From: Fibrobacteria bacterium
GTDB taxonomy: Bacteria > Fibrobacterota > Fibrobacteria > UBA11236
Direction of reading: 5' to 3'
Assembly: GCA_039917895.1 (NCBI GenBank)
Contig: JBDSIO010000301.1
Span: 1-52,011, forward strand
DNA length: 52,011 bases
This document shows, piece by piece, positions 17,572 to 27,486 of the stretch. The notes beneath the pieces were generated by a model. The model did no database searches. It saw only the letters and a list, made by a program, of their open reading frames with translations, and was not told the DNA's origin. Made by a program: the position numbers and the translations under genes. Numbering within the stretch: the stretch's first letter is position 1; every line of letters starts with the position of its first letter.

Positions 17572-18534
17572 ATGCGAAATCTGAGCTATCAAAACTACCT
17601 CAACGAGTTCATGGACTACGATGCCGCCCTATGGGACGAGTTTCAGGGTGAAGCTTTTCGCAAGTTCACATTTCCGGGATGCCCGCTGACCGCCGCCTTC
17701 GCGGATTCCCTGTGGGACAAGGACGTGATGGGGATGCCGGTTACCAAGGTGCAGCAATTTTTCCATGAGGGGGATATCCCCGCGGAGACGTTCGCGCCCT
17801 TCGCGAAGGAATTGGATGACGCGCTGCGTCCGGCCTCGGGGGGATTCGCATTGGCCCGCATGGATTTCCGTCTTTTCCCCCTGATCGGGGCGCTGGAAGA
17901 TTGCGGTTGGCGGCTTGCCGATACCCTCAACATCTACCATTGCGAACCGGGCAAGGCATTCTCCGTGGATGCTTCCGGTTCGGCGCGTAATGCCAGCCGC
18001 TCCTCGTCCCCGGGAGGTAAAGTCGCCGCGTCGGCGTTGCAATTGCGCGAACCGTCTTGGGACGAGGTGGCGTCGGCCTTCCCGGATCCCTCACGTTATT
18101 TCGCGGAGTCGCGCATCATGCGCGACTCCCGGCTTGGCGAAGCGGTGAAGACGCGCTTCTTCTCCACTTTGCTCAAATCCCTCTTTAACAACCCGGGATC
18201 GGTCAAACTTGGCGCGTACAAGGACGGGAAGCTTGCCGGCCTGGCTTTGGGTGATCGCGACACCGGAACCGGAGGCAAAGTGCCCGGCGGCCTGGGCTTC
18301 TTGTGGTTCAACGCCATCCGTCAGGAATGGTCGGGCCAGGGTCTCTCGCGGCCGCTTTTGCGCGCCTTCCTCTCGGCCATGGGCAATGCTTACGGCCATA
18401 TTGAAATCGGCGCCCAGGCCGACAATCTGTCCGCCAACCGCCTCTACCAGGGCATGGGACTTAAACTCGTGGGAAACGCTATAACCCTCCATCGCTGGTA
18501 CGATGGGCGTTCGAAGCCGGGCCCACCAGCATGA
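17572..18534 (+). CDS. GNAT acetyltransferase, WecD (dTDP-fucosamine acetyltransferase)-like
   Basis: LEDCGWRLADT, ESR..RD, WSGQGLS, IGAQADNLSANRLYQGMG, LHRW pattern. Confidence 0.7.
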   Translation: MRNLSYQNYLNEFMDYDAALWDEFQGEAFRKFTFPGCPLTAAFADSLWDKDVMGMPVTKVQQFFHEGDIPAETFAPFAKELDDALRPASGGFALARMDFRLFPLIGALEDCGWRLADTLNIYHCEPGKAFSVDASGSARNASRSSSPGGKVAASALQLREPSWDEVASAFPDPSRYFAESRIMRDSRLGEAVKTRFFSTLLKSLFNNPGSVKLGAYKDGKLAGLALGDRDTGTGGKVPGGLGFLWFNAIRQEWSGQGLSRPLLRAFLSAMGNAYGHIEIGAQADNLSANRLYQGMGLKLVGNAITLHRWYDGRSKPGPPA

Positions 18535-19457
18535 ATGCCCACGTTTCCCGCCTTGTGCTGGGAACCCTGCAAATGGGGATTCCCTACGGCATCGCGAATG
18601 CTACGGGCGTGCCTTCCCGGAAGGAATCGTTCGCCATCCTCGATACCGCCTGGGAATCGGGAGTGGACATGATGGATACTGCCGCGGCCTACGGCGAAAG
18701 CGAAGCCATCTTGGGAGAGTGGATGGCTTCCCGCAACGCCCATCCCCGCATCGTCACCAAACTTCCGCCCCTGCCGAAGGTGGCGCATGACGTGGAATCC
18801 ATAGGCCTCCATTACGAAACGCATCTCCAGGCCAGTCTGGCGCGGCTGGGTCGGCCGGCGGTTTGGGGCCTGCTGCTGCACGAACCGGAGGATTTTCTCA
18901 GTTGGCCGAGGGAGGTCGCGGAAGTGCTGCGCGGATTCCGGAAGCAAGGCATGGCCTCCCACGTCGGCGCTTCCCTCTATCGTTCCGACGATGGCCAGAC
19001 CTTGCTTTCCGCGCCCGAACTGGACCTTTTCCAGATTCCCTTTAACCTCTTCGATCAGCGGTTCCTGCCATCCTCAAGCCAACTGCAGACCGCGTCCGCC
19101 CGTAGCAAAATCCTGCTCGGCCGTTCCTGTTTCCTGCAGGGATTTTTCTTTCTGACCCCCGAAGAAGCGGCCATCCGGGTTCCGGGTTCGCGCGAGTTCC
19201 TGATGCGGCTGCAGCAGATTGCCTGGACGCAGGATATGAGCGTGCGCCGCCTGGCGTTAGGATTCGCCCTGTCCTTCCCGGAGCTTTCCGGTATCATTCT
19301 GGGAGTGGAGTCCGCCGCGCAGATGCGCGAAAACCAGGCCTCCTACCGGGAGGGTCCGTTGGGGCCGGAATTGGTCGCCATGATCCGTGAGGCTTTCGCT
19401 TCTGTGCCCTCGTCCCTACGGGATCCTGCGCGATGGCCGGCGCGGAAAAACCGGTAG
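18531..19457 (+). CDS. Aldo/keto reductase
   Basis: LVLGTLQMGIPYGIAN, DTAAAYGESE, VTK, LLLH (D-Y-K-H tetrad), QIPFNLFDQR, RSCFLQG. ATGA overlap with the upstream gene. Confidence 0.9.
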   Translation: MNAHVSRLVLGTLQMGIPYGIANATGVPSRKESFAILDTAWESGVDMMDTAAAYGESEAILGEWMASRNAHPRIVTKLPPLPKVAHDVESIGLHYETHLQASLARLGRPAVWGLLLHEPEDFLSWPREVAEVLRGFRKQGMASHVGASLYRSDDGQTLLSAPELDLFQIPFNLFDQRFLPSSSQLQTASARSKILLGRSCFLQGFFFLTPEEAAIRVPGSREFLMRLQQIAWTQDMSVRRLALGFALSFPELSGIILGVESAAQMRENQASYREGPLGPELVAMIREAFASVPSSLRDPARWPARKNR

Positions 19458-19501
19458 CCTTTAGGTTTAGGGGCGCCTACCGTTCAATCACCTACGCCGT
19501 T

Positions 19502-21400
19502 TTATTCGAGGTAGGTATAACCATAGAGTCCGGAGCGGTAGATGGCCAGGAATTCACGGCCCTCCAGCAAGGTGATCTTGCCTTCCTTCACAGAAGCCGA
19601 AACCCACGATTCCATGGTGCGCACCAGGTTCTTGTCGCTGAACTGCACATAGTCCAGAACGTCGGCGACGGATTCGCCGTCTATGACTTGGTCGATATGG
19701 TAGCCGTCCTTGCCTTTGCAAACGATGTGCACGGCGTTGGTATCGCCGAACAGGTTGTGCAGATCGCCCAGGATTTCCTGGTAGGCGCCCACCAGGTAGA
19801 CGGCGACGTAATAGGGCTCGTCGGCCTTTAACTGATGCAAGGGCACGCTGCGGGAGAAGTCCCCGGTGCCGATGAAATGATCGATCTTACCGTCGGAATC
19901 GCAGGTGATGTCCTGCAAGGTCACGGATTGGCCCGGTTCTTCGTCCAGTCGGGTGATCGGCATGATGGGGAAGATCTGGTCGAAGGCCCAGGAATCCGGC
20001 AGCGACTGGAAAAGCGAGAAATTGCAGAAATACTTTTCCGCCAGCAGCATCGGGATGCTGGAAAGCTCCGTGGGCGGATGCTTCATCGACCGGGCCAGGC
20101 GATCGGCCTTCTGGGCGATGGACCAGAACAGGCGCTCGGCCATAGCCCTGGTCTTGAGATCGACCATGCCGAGATTAAACCGGTCCAGCACCTCTTCGCG
20201 GGTCTGCAAGGCGTCATGCCAGCCTTCCAGCATGTTGTTGGAGGAGTAGTTCTTGAAGATGGTGTGCATCTCGCGCAGGGTTTCGTGATCCTGTTCGCTG
20301 ATGGAATGGATCTGCTCGTCCCAATATGGGGGACGCGCGACCTCCAGGACGTTGAATACCAGCACCGAATGGTGCGCCGTTAGGGCGCGGCCGGATTCGG
20401 CGATGATGTTGGGGTGGGCGATATTATGCTTGTCCGAGACCTGGCAGATGGTATAGATGACGTCATTGGCGTATTCCTGGATGGAATAGTTGACGCTGCT
20501 GTTGCCCGTAGATCGCGTACCGTCATAGTCCACGCCCAAGCCGCCGCCCACGTCGACGAAATCGATCTTGCAGCCCATGGCCTGGATCTGGATGAAGAAT
20601 TGGGCGATTTCCTTGAGGCCGGCCTTGATCTTGCGGATATTGGTGATCTGGCTGCCCAGGTGGAAATGGATGAGCCTGATGTAGTGGAGAATGCCCTCTT
20701 CGCGAGCGTAGTCCAGCGCTTCCAGCAGTTCCGACGAATTGAGGCCGAACTTGCTTTGATCCCCGCCGGAGTCTTCCCATTTGCCGCTTCCGGAACTGGA
20801 AAGCTTGATGCGGATGCCCACGTTCGGGGTCACGTTCAGGCGCAGGGCCATGTTCTTGATCAGCTTCAGCTCATTGACCTTCTCAACCACGACGAAGATC
20901 TTCTTGCCCATCTTCTGCGCCAGCAGCGCCAGTTCGATGAACTCCTCGTCCTTATAGCCATTGCAGATGATCAGGGATTCAGGATTATCCATGATGGCAA
21001 GCACGGCGTGCAGCTCGGGTTTGGAGCCAGCTTCCAGTCCGATGTTGAATTTTTTCCCGTGGCGGACGATCTCCTCCAGCACAGGGCGCTGTTGGTTCAC
21101 CTTGATGGGATAGACGTTGAAGTATTGGCCCTTGTAATTGTATTCCCTGGAGGCGGTCTCGAAGCAGCGCGAGATCTGCTCGATGCGATCGTCGAGGATG
21201 TCCGGGAAGCGGAGAAGCACGGGAAGACCGACATCCCGGAAGGTGATTTCGTCGACCAGCTCCTTAAGGTCGATTTCGGGACCATTATCCCTTTGCGGAC
21301 TGACCGTGGCATTGCCCTTGTCGTTGATGCCGAAATAACCCACGCCCCAACCGGCCGTGTTGTAGAGTTCCCGGGAATCTTCAATCCGCCATTTGCGCAT
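19502..21400 (-). CDS. speA: Biosynthetic arginine decarboxylase
   Basis: YPIKVNQ (PLP Lys), GLEAGSKPEL, HFHLGSQI, DVGGGLGVDYDG, DITCDSDG, GAYQEILGDLHNLFG. Start MRKWRIEDS at 21400. Confidence 0.97.
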   Translation of the reverse strand: MRKWRIEDSRELYNTAGWGVGYFGINDKGNATVSPQRDNGPEIDLKELVDEITFRDVGLPVLLRFPDILDDRIEQISRCFETASREYNYKGQYFNVYPIKVNQQRPVLEEIVRHGKKFNIGLEAGSKPELHAVLAIMDNPESLIICNGYKDEEFIELALLAQKMGKKIFVVVEKVNELKLIKNMALRLNVTPNVGIRIKLSSSGSGKWEDSGGDQSKFGLNSSELLEALDYAREEGILHYIRLIHFHLGSQITNIRKIKAGLKEIAQFFIQIQAMGCKIDFVDVGGGLGVDYDGTRSTGNSSVNYSIQEYANDVIYTICQVSDKHNIAHPNIIAESGRALTAHHSVLVFNVLEVARPPYWDEQIHSISEQDHETLREMHTIFKNYSSNNMLEGWHDALQTREEVLDRFNLGMVDLKTRAMAERLFWSIAQKADRLARSMKHPPTELSSIPMLLAEKYFCNFSLFQSLPDSWAFDQIFPIMPITRLDEEPGQSVTLQDITCDSDGKIDHFIGTGDFSRSVPLHQLKADEPYYVAVYLVGAYQEILGDLHNLFGDTNAVHIVCKGKDGYHIDQVIDGESVADVLDYVQFSDKNLVRTMESWVSASVKEGKITLLEGREFLAIYRSGLYGYTYLE

Positions 21401-21766
21401 GCTCGTCCTAGTCCTTGCAGGTCGCCCGTTCCGGGCGCCGCGCCGGTTCAGGGCGCGGGGCATAAATTTATGAATTTTTCGGTTGGATGGCGGCATCCGG
21501 CCGCCGGATCTCTGGGAAAATCGGGATTGAAACCCTAGTTCAATCCCCGCTAGGCCTTCTTGAAATACTCCGTTAACATTCCGCCCTTAGTTTTGTCCTC
21601 ATCCCCAGGGAGGACTCCCCATGAGAACAGAGCCCCTTAACCTTTCCGTGGCATCATTCCTTACGCTCACTGATTCCTGGGACGATGCCCTGCGGATGGG
21701 CGCCACTGTGAGACCGCATCGTCTGTTCGAATTGAATCCTTCCATTCACCTTCAAAGGAGTTTCCC

Positions 21767-23113
21767 ATGAAAATGCGCAACCTCGCCGTTTTGGGCGCCG
21801 CCACTATATTGGCCTGCACGGGCATAAAGCCTGCCGTGGCCGGAGAGAGCCGGGAGACCTGGCAGGAAGAAAAAGAGGATCGGGAAGGTTGGGGCGACGG
21901 CCGCAACCAGGGTTTGCACGGTGGGCATGCTGCGCCCAGCGTGTCTACCGTACCTACCGTACCTACCGTACAATTGGGCCCGCGCCCGTACTTCCTGGTG
22001 GACAATATGGATGAAGGAAAACTCAAGGACAAGCTGGAATCGTGTTCGGACGGTCCTTTCCGGAAATCCGATTTCTCCATTGGACATCGCGGCGGCGGGA
22101 CCCTGTTGATCCCGGAAGAGACCCGGCAATCCTACGAGGCCGGCGCCCGCATGGGAGCGGGAATCCTGGAATGCGACGTGGTCTTCACCAAGGACAAGGA
22201 ACTGGTCTGCCGACATGATCAATGCGACCTGCATACCACCACCAACATCCTGGCCATGCCGGAGCTGGCGGCAAAGTGCAGCGAAAAGTTCGTCCCCTAT
22301 GATCCCGTCACGGGCAAACCGGCTTCGGCCAAATGCTGCACCAGCGACATCACCCTGGCGGAATTCAAAACTCTGTGCGGCAAGATGGACGGATCCAATC
22401 CCAAAGGGACCACGCCCGCCGAATACATGGCGGGAACCCCGTCCTTTCGAACCGATCTCTACGCCACCTGCGGCGAGGTGCTGAGCCACAAGGAAAGCAT
22501 CAAGCTCATCAAAAGCCTGGGTGCGAAGTTCACTCCCGAGCTCAAGACTCCCGCCGTAGTCATGCCGTACCAGGGAACCTTCACCCAGCAGCAGCTGGCG
22601 CAAAAGATGATCGAGGAATACAAGGACGCCCATGTCAATCCCAAGGATGTCTGGTCCCAATCCTTCGACCTCAATGACGTTCTTTATTGGCTGAGATATG
22701 AGCCCAAGTTCGGCAAACAGGCGGTGTACCTGGATGCGCGGGTGGATTTGCCCGGGGGAGTGGCGACGGCGATCGCGGGTATGAGAAAAATCGCGAACCA
22801 AGGCGTGCGCATAATCGCTCCGCCGATGTGGACTCTGGTGAAGCCTGGCGCGGGCGGGAAAATCGTACCTTCGGAATACGCCATGGCCGCCAAGGCGGCG
22901 GGCCTGGATATCATCACTTGGACTTTGGAGCGTTCCGGCCCCTTGGCCACGGGCGGGGGCTATTATTACCAGTCCCTACCCGGCGCGATCAACAACGATG
23001 GCGATACCTATGCGGCGCTGGACGTGCTGGCGAGGAAGGTCGGGGTCTTGGGGATCTTCTCCGATTGGTCCGCGACGGTAACGTACTATGCCAATTGCAT
23101 GGGCTTGAAATGA
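21767..23113 (+). CDS. Secreted glycerophosphodiester phosphodiesterase (GDPD)
   Basis: Signal peptide; [37 protein letters not shown]; AAGGAG RBS. Confidence 0.9.
   Translation: MKMRNLAVLGAATILACTGIKPAVAGESRETWQEEKEDREGWGDGRNQGLHGGHAAPSVSTVPTVPTVQLGPRPYFLVDNMDEGKLKDKLESCSDGPFRKSDFSIGHRGGGTLLIPEETRQSYEAGARMGAGILECDVVFTKDKELVCRHDQCDLHTTTNILAMPELAAKCSEKFVPYDPVTGKPASAKCCTSDITLAEFKTLCGKMDGSNPKGTTPAEYMAGTPSFRTDLYATCGEVLSHKESIKLIKSLGAKFTPELKTPAVVMPYQGTFTQQQLAQKMIEEYKDAHVNPKDVWSQSFDLNDVLYWLRYEPKFGKQAVYLDARVDLPGGVATAIAGMRKIANQGVRIIAPPMWTLVKPGAGGKIVPSEYAMAAKAAGLDIITWTLERSGPLATGGGYYYQSLPGAINNDGDTYAALDVLARKVGVLGIFSDWSATVTYYANCMGLK
21945..21971 (+). repeat. 9-bp tandem repeat (CTACCGTAC)x3 in the GDPD N-terminal linker
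   Basis: Three exact copies, encoding TVP-TVP-TV. Confidence 0.9.
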
Positions 23114-23488
23114 ATTGACGCCCCGCCCCCAGGAAACCGGCCGTTTCCGGCCGCTGTCGGCGACTGGGTGTCAGCCTTGGTTCAAGTAGCGCTCAAAGGG
23201 CGTCAACGCTTTAAATGCGGACGCCGCTTCCTTGGCGAAGCCCTTCCTGGCGGCAAGGTATGCAATCTTATCCCGAAGGAACCAGGCGAGGTCGTTTGAG
23301 GTATTACCCATGCGCACCAAACACTTCTCGGAAAATCCTCATTCATTCCGGACAATAGCTTTGGCCACCCAGGAAAATGGTAGTGGGTTGTACCAAATGG
23401 AAAAAGTTTCCGGGACGAAACGGGAATAACTGGATTTACGGCCAGGAAGCCGTCTCTGTCTGATATCATTCGGAAGGAAGCGCGAACC

Positions 23489-26155
23489 ATGCGTATGCGT
23501 CACGACATTTTCTTTTTACTAATGGTAGCGGCCTTGGCCGGTGGCGTCCCTGCCGCCGGCCCGAAGGAGTTCCATACCCACCTCTTTGCCATCATGGATG
23601 GCGAGGCGGATCGGAATGGCTGCGGGGGACGCAACCCGGATATCGAAGTCGGTTACGCCGACAACCGCGGACGCCGCCAGGTGAATGCCTGGATCACCTT
23701 CGGGGTCGAAGGTCTCGACCTCTCCACATCCACGCGTTCTTCATTGGTGCTGATACCGACCAAGGTGAAAGAGGCGGGCACATTGCAGGTTTTCGCACTG
23801 ACCAAGTCCTTGACCAAGGATGAAGACGACGTCACTTGGAGGGACCTCGCATATGATTCCAGGTTCCCTCTGGCCGAAGTCGCCATCAAGAAAACCGATG
23901 AGGAACGAGTGATCCGAATTGACTTGGGAAACATCCTAAATAAAGGGAACTTGAACGGCTTTGCCCTGATTTCCAAGCATAATCTGAATGCCATGTTCGA
24001 ATCCCGCGAGGGTGGGGTAGGTCCCTTGGTGCAAGTCATGTATCCTTTCGCCGCTTCCAACTCAAGTCAACTGGACTCGGCCATCGCAGCCGCGGCCAAA
24101 GCTTCGGCCCAGTCCGCTGCCTCCGCCGCGCAAGCCGCCCAATCGTCGGCTGCGGCGGAAGGTTCAGCATCGCAAGCTGCGCAATCAGCGACGGCAGCCG
24201 CCGGTTCAGGGACCCAAGCGTCCCTGTCGACCACCGCGGCGGCGGGTTCCGCCACGGATGCTTCCCACGCTGCCAATATCGCAACGGCCGCCGCTGGCGA
24301 TGCGTCCCATTCCGCCGCAACCGCCGCGGGCTCCGCGACTTCCGCGACGGGTTCCGCGAAGGAAGCCGCGGGCTTCGCCATTTCCGCAGCGGCCTCCTCC
24401 ACCACCGCCTCGCTATCGGCATCCGCATCGGCCGCTTCGGCCAGCGAGGCCGCGTCGTTTTCCAAGACGGCCGCGGAGGCTTCCATCTCCTCCGAGTATG
24501 CCGCAGGACAATCGGCCCAATCGGCAGCTGCTGCTCTGAATTCCTCCACCTCGGCCGGTGAGGCCGCCGGACATTCCGGCGCATCGGCTTCCGAAGCCGC
24601 AGCCTCCGCCCTAAGTGCGGCCGGTTCAGACGCCCACGCCTCGCAATCCGCTGCCCTGGCGTCGAAATCCGCCGATGAATCCGCTGCTTCCGCGATCACG
24701 GCGTCGGCTGGTGCGCAGGCATCGCTTGCTTCGGCCACCGCTTCACAGTCGTCGGCTCTGTCGGCGCTGGAGGCTTCCGTGACCGCGGCCCAGACGGCGG
24801 CCAATTTTGCCGTGGATGCGGCAGCAGTGAACACGGCAGTTAAGGAAGCGAAGACAGCCGCCACGGAGTCCAAGGTTTCGGCGACCGAAGCTTACGTCTC
24901 CGCCGGCGACTCCAAAGCATCCGCAATTTCGGCCCAAGGGGCCGCGTCCTCAAGCGCGGTCAATGCAGGCACGGCCCAAAACGCATCCCAAGCGGCGGCG
25001 ACTTCCGCTTATGCGGCCGCGGGGAGCGCGACCCAGGCGGCCACGGCACTCCAGGTCAGCGTCGCGCAGGTCGGGGCCTTGGCGCAGGAAGCCGCAACCC
25101 AGGCGCAGAAGAGCCAGGAATGGGCGGATTCCTCGAAGGCCTATTACCAGGCTCTGATTGGTTCGGGAAGCGGCTCGGGGAACGGCGCAGGCGCAGGCCT
25201 GGTTCCCACCGGGACCATGTTGCTGTCTGACAGCCCCGTCGCGCCTTCGGGATTCACCAAAGCCACCTTTGAACTAACTCTGGAGTCCCAGTGGACGCCT
25301 CAAACCGTCATGCCTTCCTCCCGGTATTACCTGGGAGCCGGAGAAGTGGGGGGCAAAATCTTTTTAATCGGGGGTTCCCCCGGATCGCTGAACTCGAACC
25401 AGGAATTCAATCCCGCAACGGGAATCTGGACCGCCAAGGCGAACATGCCGACGGCCCGTAATTACCTGACCACGTGCGTCGTGGCCGGAAAAATCTACGC
25501 CATCGGCGGCATCAGCGCCACGGGCTATCTGGGCACTAATGAAGTCTACGACCCCGTCGCGAATTCCTGGGCCACCAAGGCGGCCATGCCTACCAAGCGC
25601 GGAGCCCACGCCTGCGCGGTGGAGAACGGTAAGATCCACATTTTCGGCGGCGAGTTGGGCGGCGCTGCGCTCACCACCCATGAGGTCTACGATCCCGCCC
25701 TGAATACCTGGACCGTTAAGGCGCCGATGCCTACTGCGCGACTAGCGCTTTCCGGGGTGGAAGCAGGCGGCAAGCTGTATGCCATGGGCGGCTATTCGGG
25801 AAGCGTGAACCTGAACGTCAATGAAGCCTACAATCCGGTCACCAACACCTGGGAGACCAAGAAAACCCTGATGGACTTCCGGCGCGCCCATGCGGCCGTG
25901 GCGTCCGGAGGTGTGATCTATGTGATGGGCGGATGGAACGGCGCGGAGATAGTGACCGGCTCGGTGGATTCCTACGATCCAATCAAGGATTCCTGGAGGC
26001 ACAAGACCCCCCTGGGATCCCCGCGCTTCTCCCTGGCATCCGTCTTGGCCGGTGACGTCATCTATGCCATCGGCGGGCACAACGGGTCGGCCGCGTCCAA
26101 CGTGAACGAGTCCTACGCAGTAATCCCCACGCTCTATTTCATGAAAAAGGACTGA
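23489..26155 (+). CDS. Secreted fibre-like protein: N-terminal beta domain (DNRLRE/CBM96-like), Ala/Ser heptad stalk, tail-collar-like motif and six Kelch repeats
   Basis: Signal peptide; about 350 aa of AxxSAxx repeats; LVPTGTMLLSDSPVAPSGF; six W..K..MPT.R.......GKIY.IGG-type repeats. Confidence 0.85.
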   Translation: MRMRHDIFFLLMVAALAGGVPAAGPKEFHTHLFAIMDGEADRNGCGGRNPDIEVGYADNRGRRQVNAWITFGVEGLDLSTSTRSSLVLIPTKVKEAGTLQVFALTKSLTKDEDDVTWRDLAYDSRFPLAEVAIKKTDEERVIRIDLGNILNKGNLNGFALISKHNLNAMFESREGGVGPLVQVMYPFAASNSSQLDSAIAAAAKASAQSAASAAQAAQSSAAAEGSASQAAQSATAAAGSGTQASLSTTAAAGSATDASHAANIATAAAGDASHSAATAAGSATSATGSAKEAAGFAISAAASSTTASLSASASAASASEAASFSKTAAEASISSEYAAGQSAQSAAAALNSSTSAGEAAGHSGASASEAAASALSAAGSDAHASQSAALASKSADESAASAITASAGAQASLASATASQSSALSALEASVTAAQTAANFAVDAAAVNTAVKEAKTAATESKVSATEAYVSAGDSKASAISAQGAASSSAVNAGTAQNASQAAATSAYAAAGSATQAATALQVSVAQVGALAQEAATQAQKSQEWADSSKAYYQALIGSGSGSGNGAGAGLVPTGTMLLSDSPVAPSGFTKATFELTLESQWTPQTVMPSSRYYLGAGEVGGKIFLIGGSPGSLNSNQEFNPATGIWTAKANMPTARNYLTTCVVAGKIYAIGGISATGYLGTNEVYDPVANSWATKAAMPTKRGAHACAVENGKIHIFGGELGGAALTTHEVYDPALNTWTVKAPMPTARLALSGVEAGGKLYAMGGYSGSVNLNVNEAYNPVTNTWETKKTLMDFRRAHAAVASGGVIYVMGGWNGAEIVTGSVDSYDPIKDSWRHKTPLGSPRFSLASVLAGDVIYAIGGHNGSAASNVNESYAVIPTLYFMKKD
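24080..25135 (+). repeat. Low-complexity Ala/Ser-rich coding repeat with 7-residue period
   Basis: AAQSATA AAGSGTQ ASLSTTA AAGSATD ASHAANI ... The DNA is degenerate, not an exact tandem repeat. Confidence 0.85.
25292..26115 (+). repeat. Six Kelch repeats (beta-propeller)
   Basis: Six units of about 47 aa with the GG, Y/F-D/N-P and W signature residues. Confidence 0.92.
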
Positions 26156-26179
26156 GTCGGCGCGATTACGGAATGGAGG

Positions 26180-27361
26180 CTATCGCGTCCATTTTTGCAA
26201 TACGAAATACTTCAAGTAGCGGCCTTCGGGGAAGGAGAGATGGTAAGGATGGTCGAATGGCTGTTCCCTGCTCTCGAGCACCTTGAGGGCGCAGCGCGTG
26301 TTCACGCTGCTCTGATGCAGGATTTTGATGAAAGTGTCCTGGTCCACATGCGAGGTGCATGAGGAGGAGACCAGGATGCCGCCGTCAGGCAGCTTTTCCA
26401 GCGCCTTGGAATTTATGGTCGTATACGCCTTGATGGCGTTGGTCAACTGCTTCTTGTTCTTGGCGAAGGACGGCGGATCGAGGATGATCATGTCGAACTC
26501 CCCCGCTTTCATATCCTTCAGGAAATCGAAAACGTCCAGGGAGAGGAAATCCTCCTCGTTCACGGTATGGCCGTTGAGACGGAAATTCCGGCGGCAATAT
26601 TCGGTTGCCGGCTTGGAGATGTCCACGCTGACGACGCGCTTGGCCACCGAGGCTGCGTACACGGAGAACCCTCCCGTATAGCTGAAGCAGTTCGCCAACG
26701 CACGCCCTTTGGCGTATCGTAGCAGGGCCTGGCGGTTTTCGCGTTGATCCAGGAAAAAGCCGGTTTTTTGCCCCTCGATCACGTGGACCAGGAATTTGAA
26801 TCCATTCTCCTCGATCTCGACTTCTTTCGCCTCGGGTCCATGCAGAATGCCGATCAGCTTGTCCTCCATGCCTTCCATAGCCCGTACCGCAACGTCGCTG
26901 CGCTCCACTATGGTTCTGGGCCCGAATGCCTTGACCAGGCCTTCGACCACCATGGGTTTCAGACGATCCATTCCGAGGGTATGGAACTGCGCCACCAGGG
27001 TTTGATCGTATTTGTCCACCACGAGCCCGGGCAGGCCATCGCTTTCAGCGAACACGGCGCGGTAGGCGTTGGTCCGGGACGGCAGCCATTCTTCCTTGCG
27101 GCGGCGGATGCGGCGGAAAGTATCGGCGAAAAAAGCCGCATCGATGGGTTCGTCGCGCATGGAAAGCATGCGGACCGCGATGTCGGTACGGCTGTTGTAA
27201 TATCCGATGCCGATGAATTGCGAACCGGCCATGATGCGTACCACGGTGCCGTCCGGGATCTTCGGGGTGGCAGCCAAAGCCCCGGAAAAGATCCAGGGAT
27301 GGCCGGCAAGCACGTTGCGGACTCGCTCCGTGCGGATTTGTACGATGGGATAGGAAGTCAT
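26180..27361 (-). CDS. rlmI: 23S rRNA m5C1962 methyltransferase family (PUA plus SAM domain)
   Basis: GHPWIFSG, ESDGLPGLVVDKY, GQKTGFFLDQRENR, FSYTGGFS, ILDPPSF, SSCT, PEGRYLK. Confidence 0.9.
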   Translation of the reverse strand: MTSYPIVQIRTERVRNVLAGHPWIFSGALAATPKIPDGTVVRIMAGSQFIGIGYYNSRTDIAVRMLSMRDEPIDAAFFADTFRRIRRRKEEWLPSRTNAYRAVFAESDGLPGLVVDKYDQTLVAQFHTLGMDRLKPMVVEGLVKAFGPRTIVERSDVAVRAMEGMEDKLIGILHGPEAKEVEIEENGFKFLVHVIEGQKTGFFLDQRENRQALLRYAKGRALANCFSYTGGFSVYAASVAKRVVSVDISKPATEYCRRNFRLNGHTVNEEDFLSLDVFDFLKDMKAGEFDMIILDPPSFAKNKKQLTNAIKAYTTINSKALEKLPDGGILVSSSCTSHVDQDTFIKILHQSSVNTRCALKVLESREQPFDHPYHLSFPEGRYLKYFVLQKWTR

Positions 27362-27450
27362 CGAATTCCTTACGATGGATGGCCAGAGATAGAAAAATCA
27401 GCCGGGGCTTTGCAGTGGATGTTCTTCGGAACCCCTTGATCCAGCGGCCG

Positions 27451-27480
27451 TTGCAAACGCCGAATGGGCCATCGTATAAT
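27451..27480 (+). promoter_or_regulatory. Putative sigma70 promoter of the glycan operon
   Basis: TTGCAA-N18-TATAAT, ending 6 nt before an in-frame GTG at 27487. Confidence 0.6.
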
Positions 27481-27486
27481 CGAGCC

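Noticed and set aside
21945-21971. CRISPR-like repeat
   Set aside because: 9-bp contiguous repeats with no spacers, inside a CDS; no cas genes.
24067-24873. Antisense Ala/Glu-rich ORF (268 aa)
   Set aside because: Mirror of the GCN/TCN-rich repeat on the coding strand.
25292-26115. Kelch domain as NanM sialic acid mutarotase serving the NeuB cluster
   Set aside because: These are generic regular Kelch repeats at the tip of a long stalk, separated from the cluster by rlmI; I saw no NanM-specific evidence.
23489-26155. Prophage remnant
   Set aside because: The protein has a signal peptide, and there is no integrase, capsid, baseplate or other phage gene nearby.
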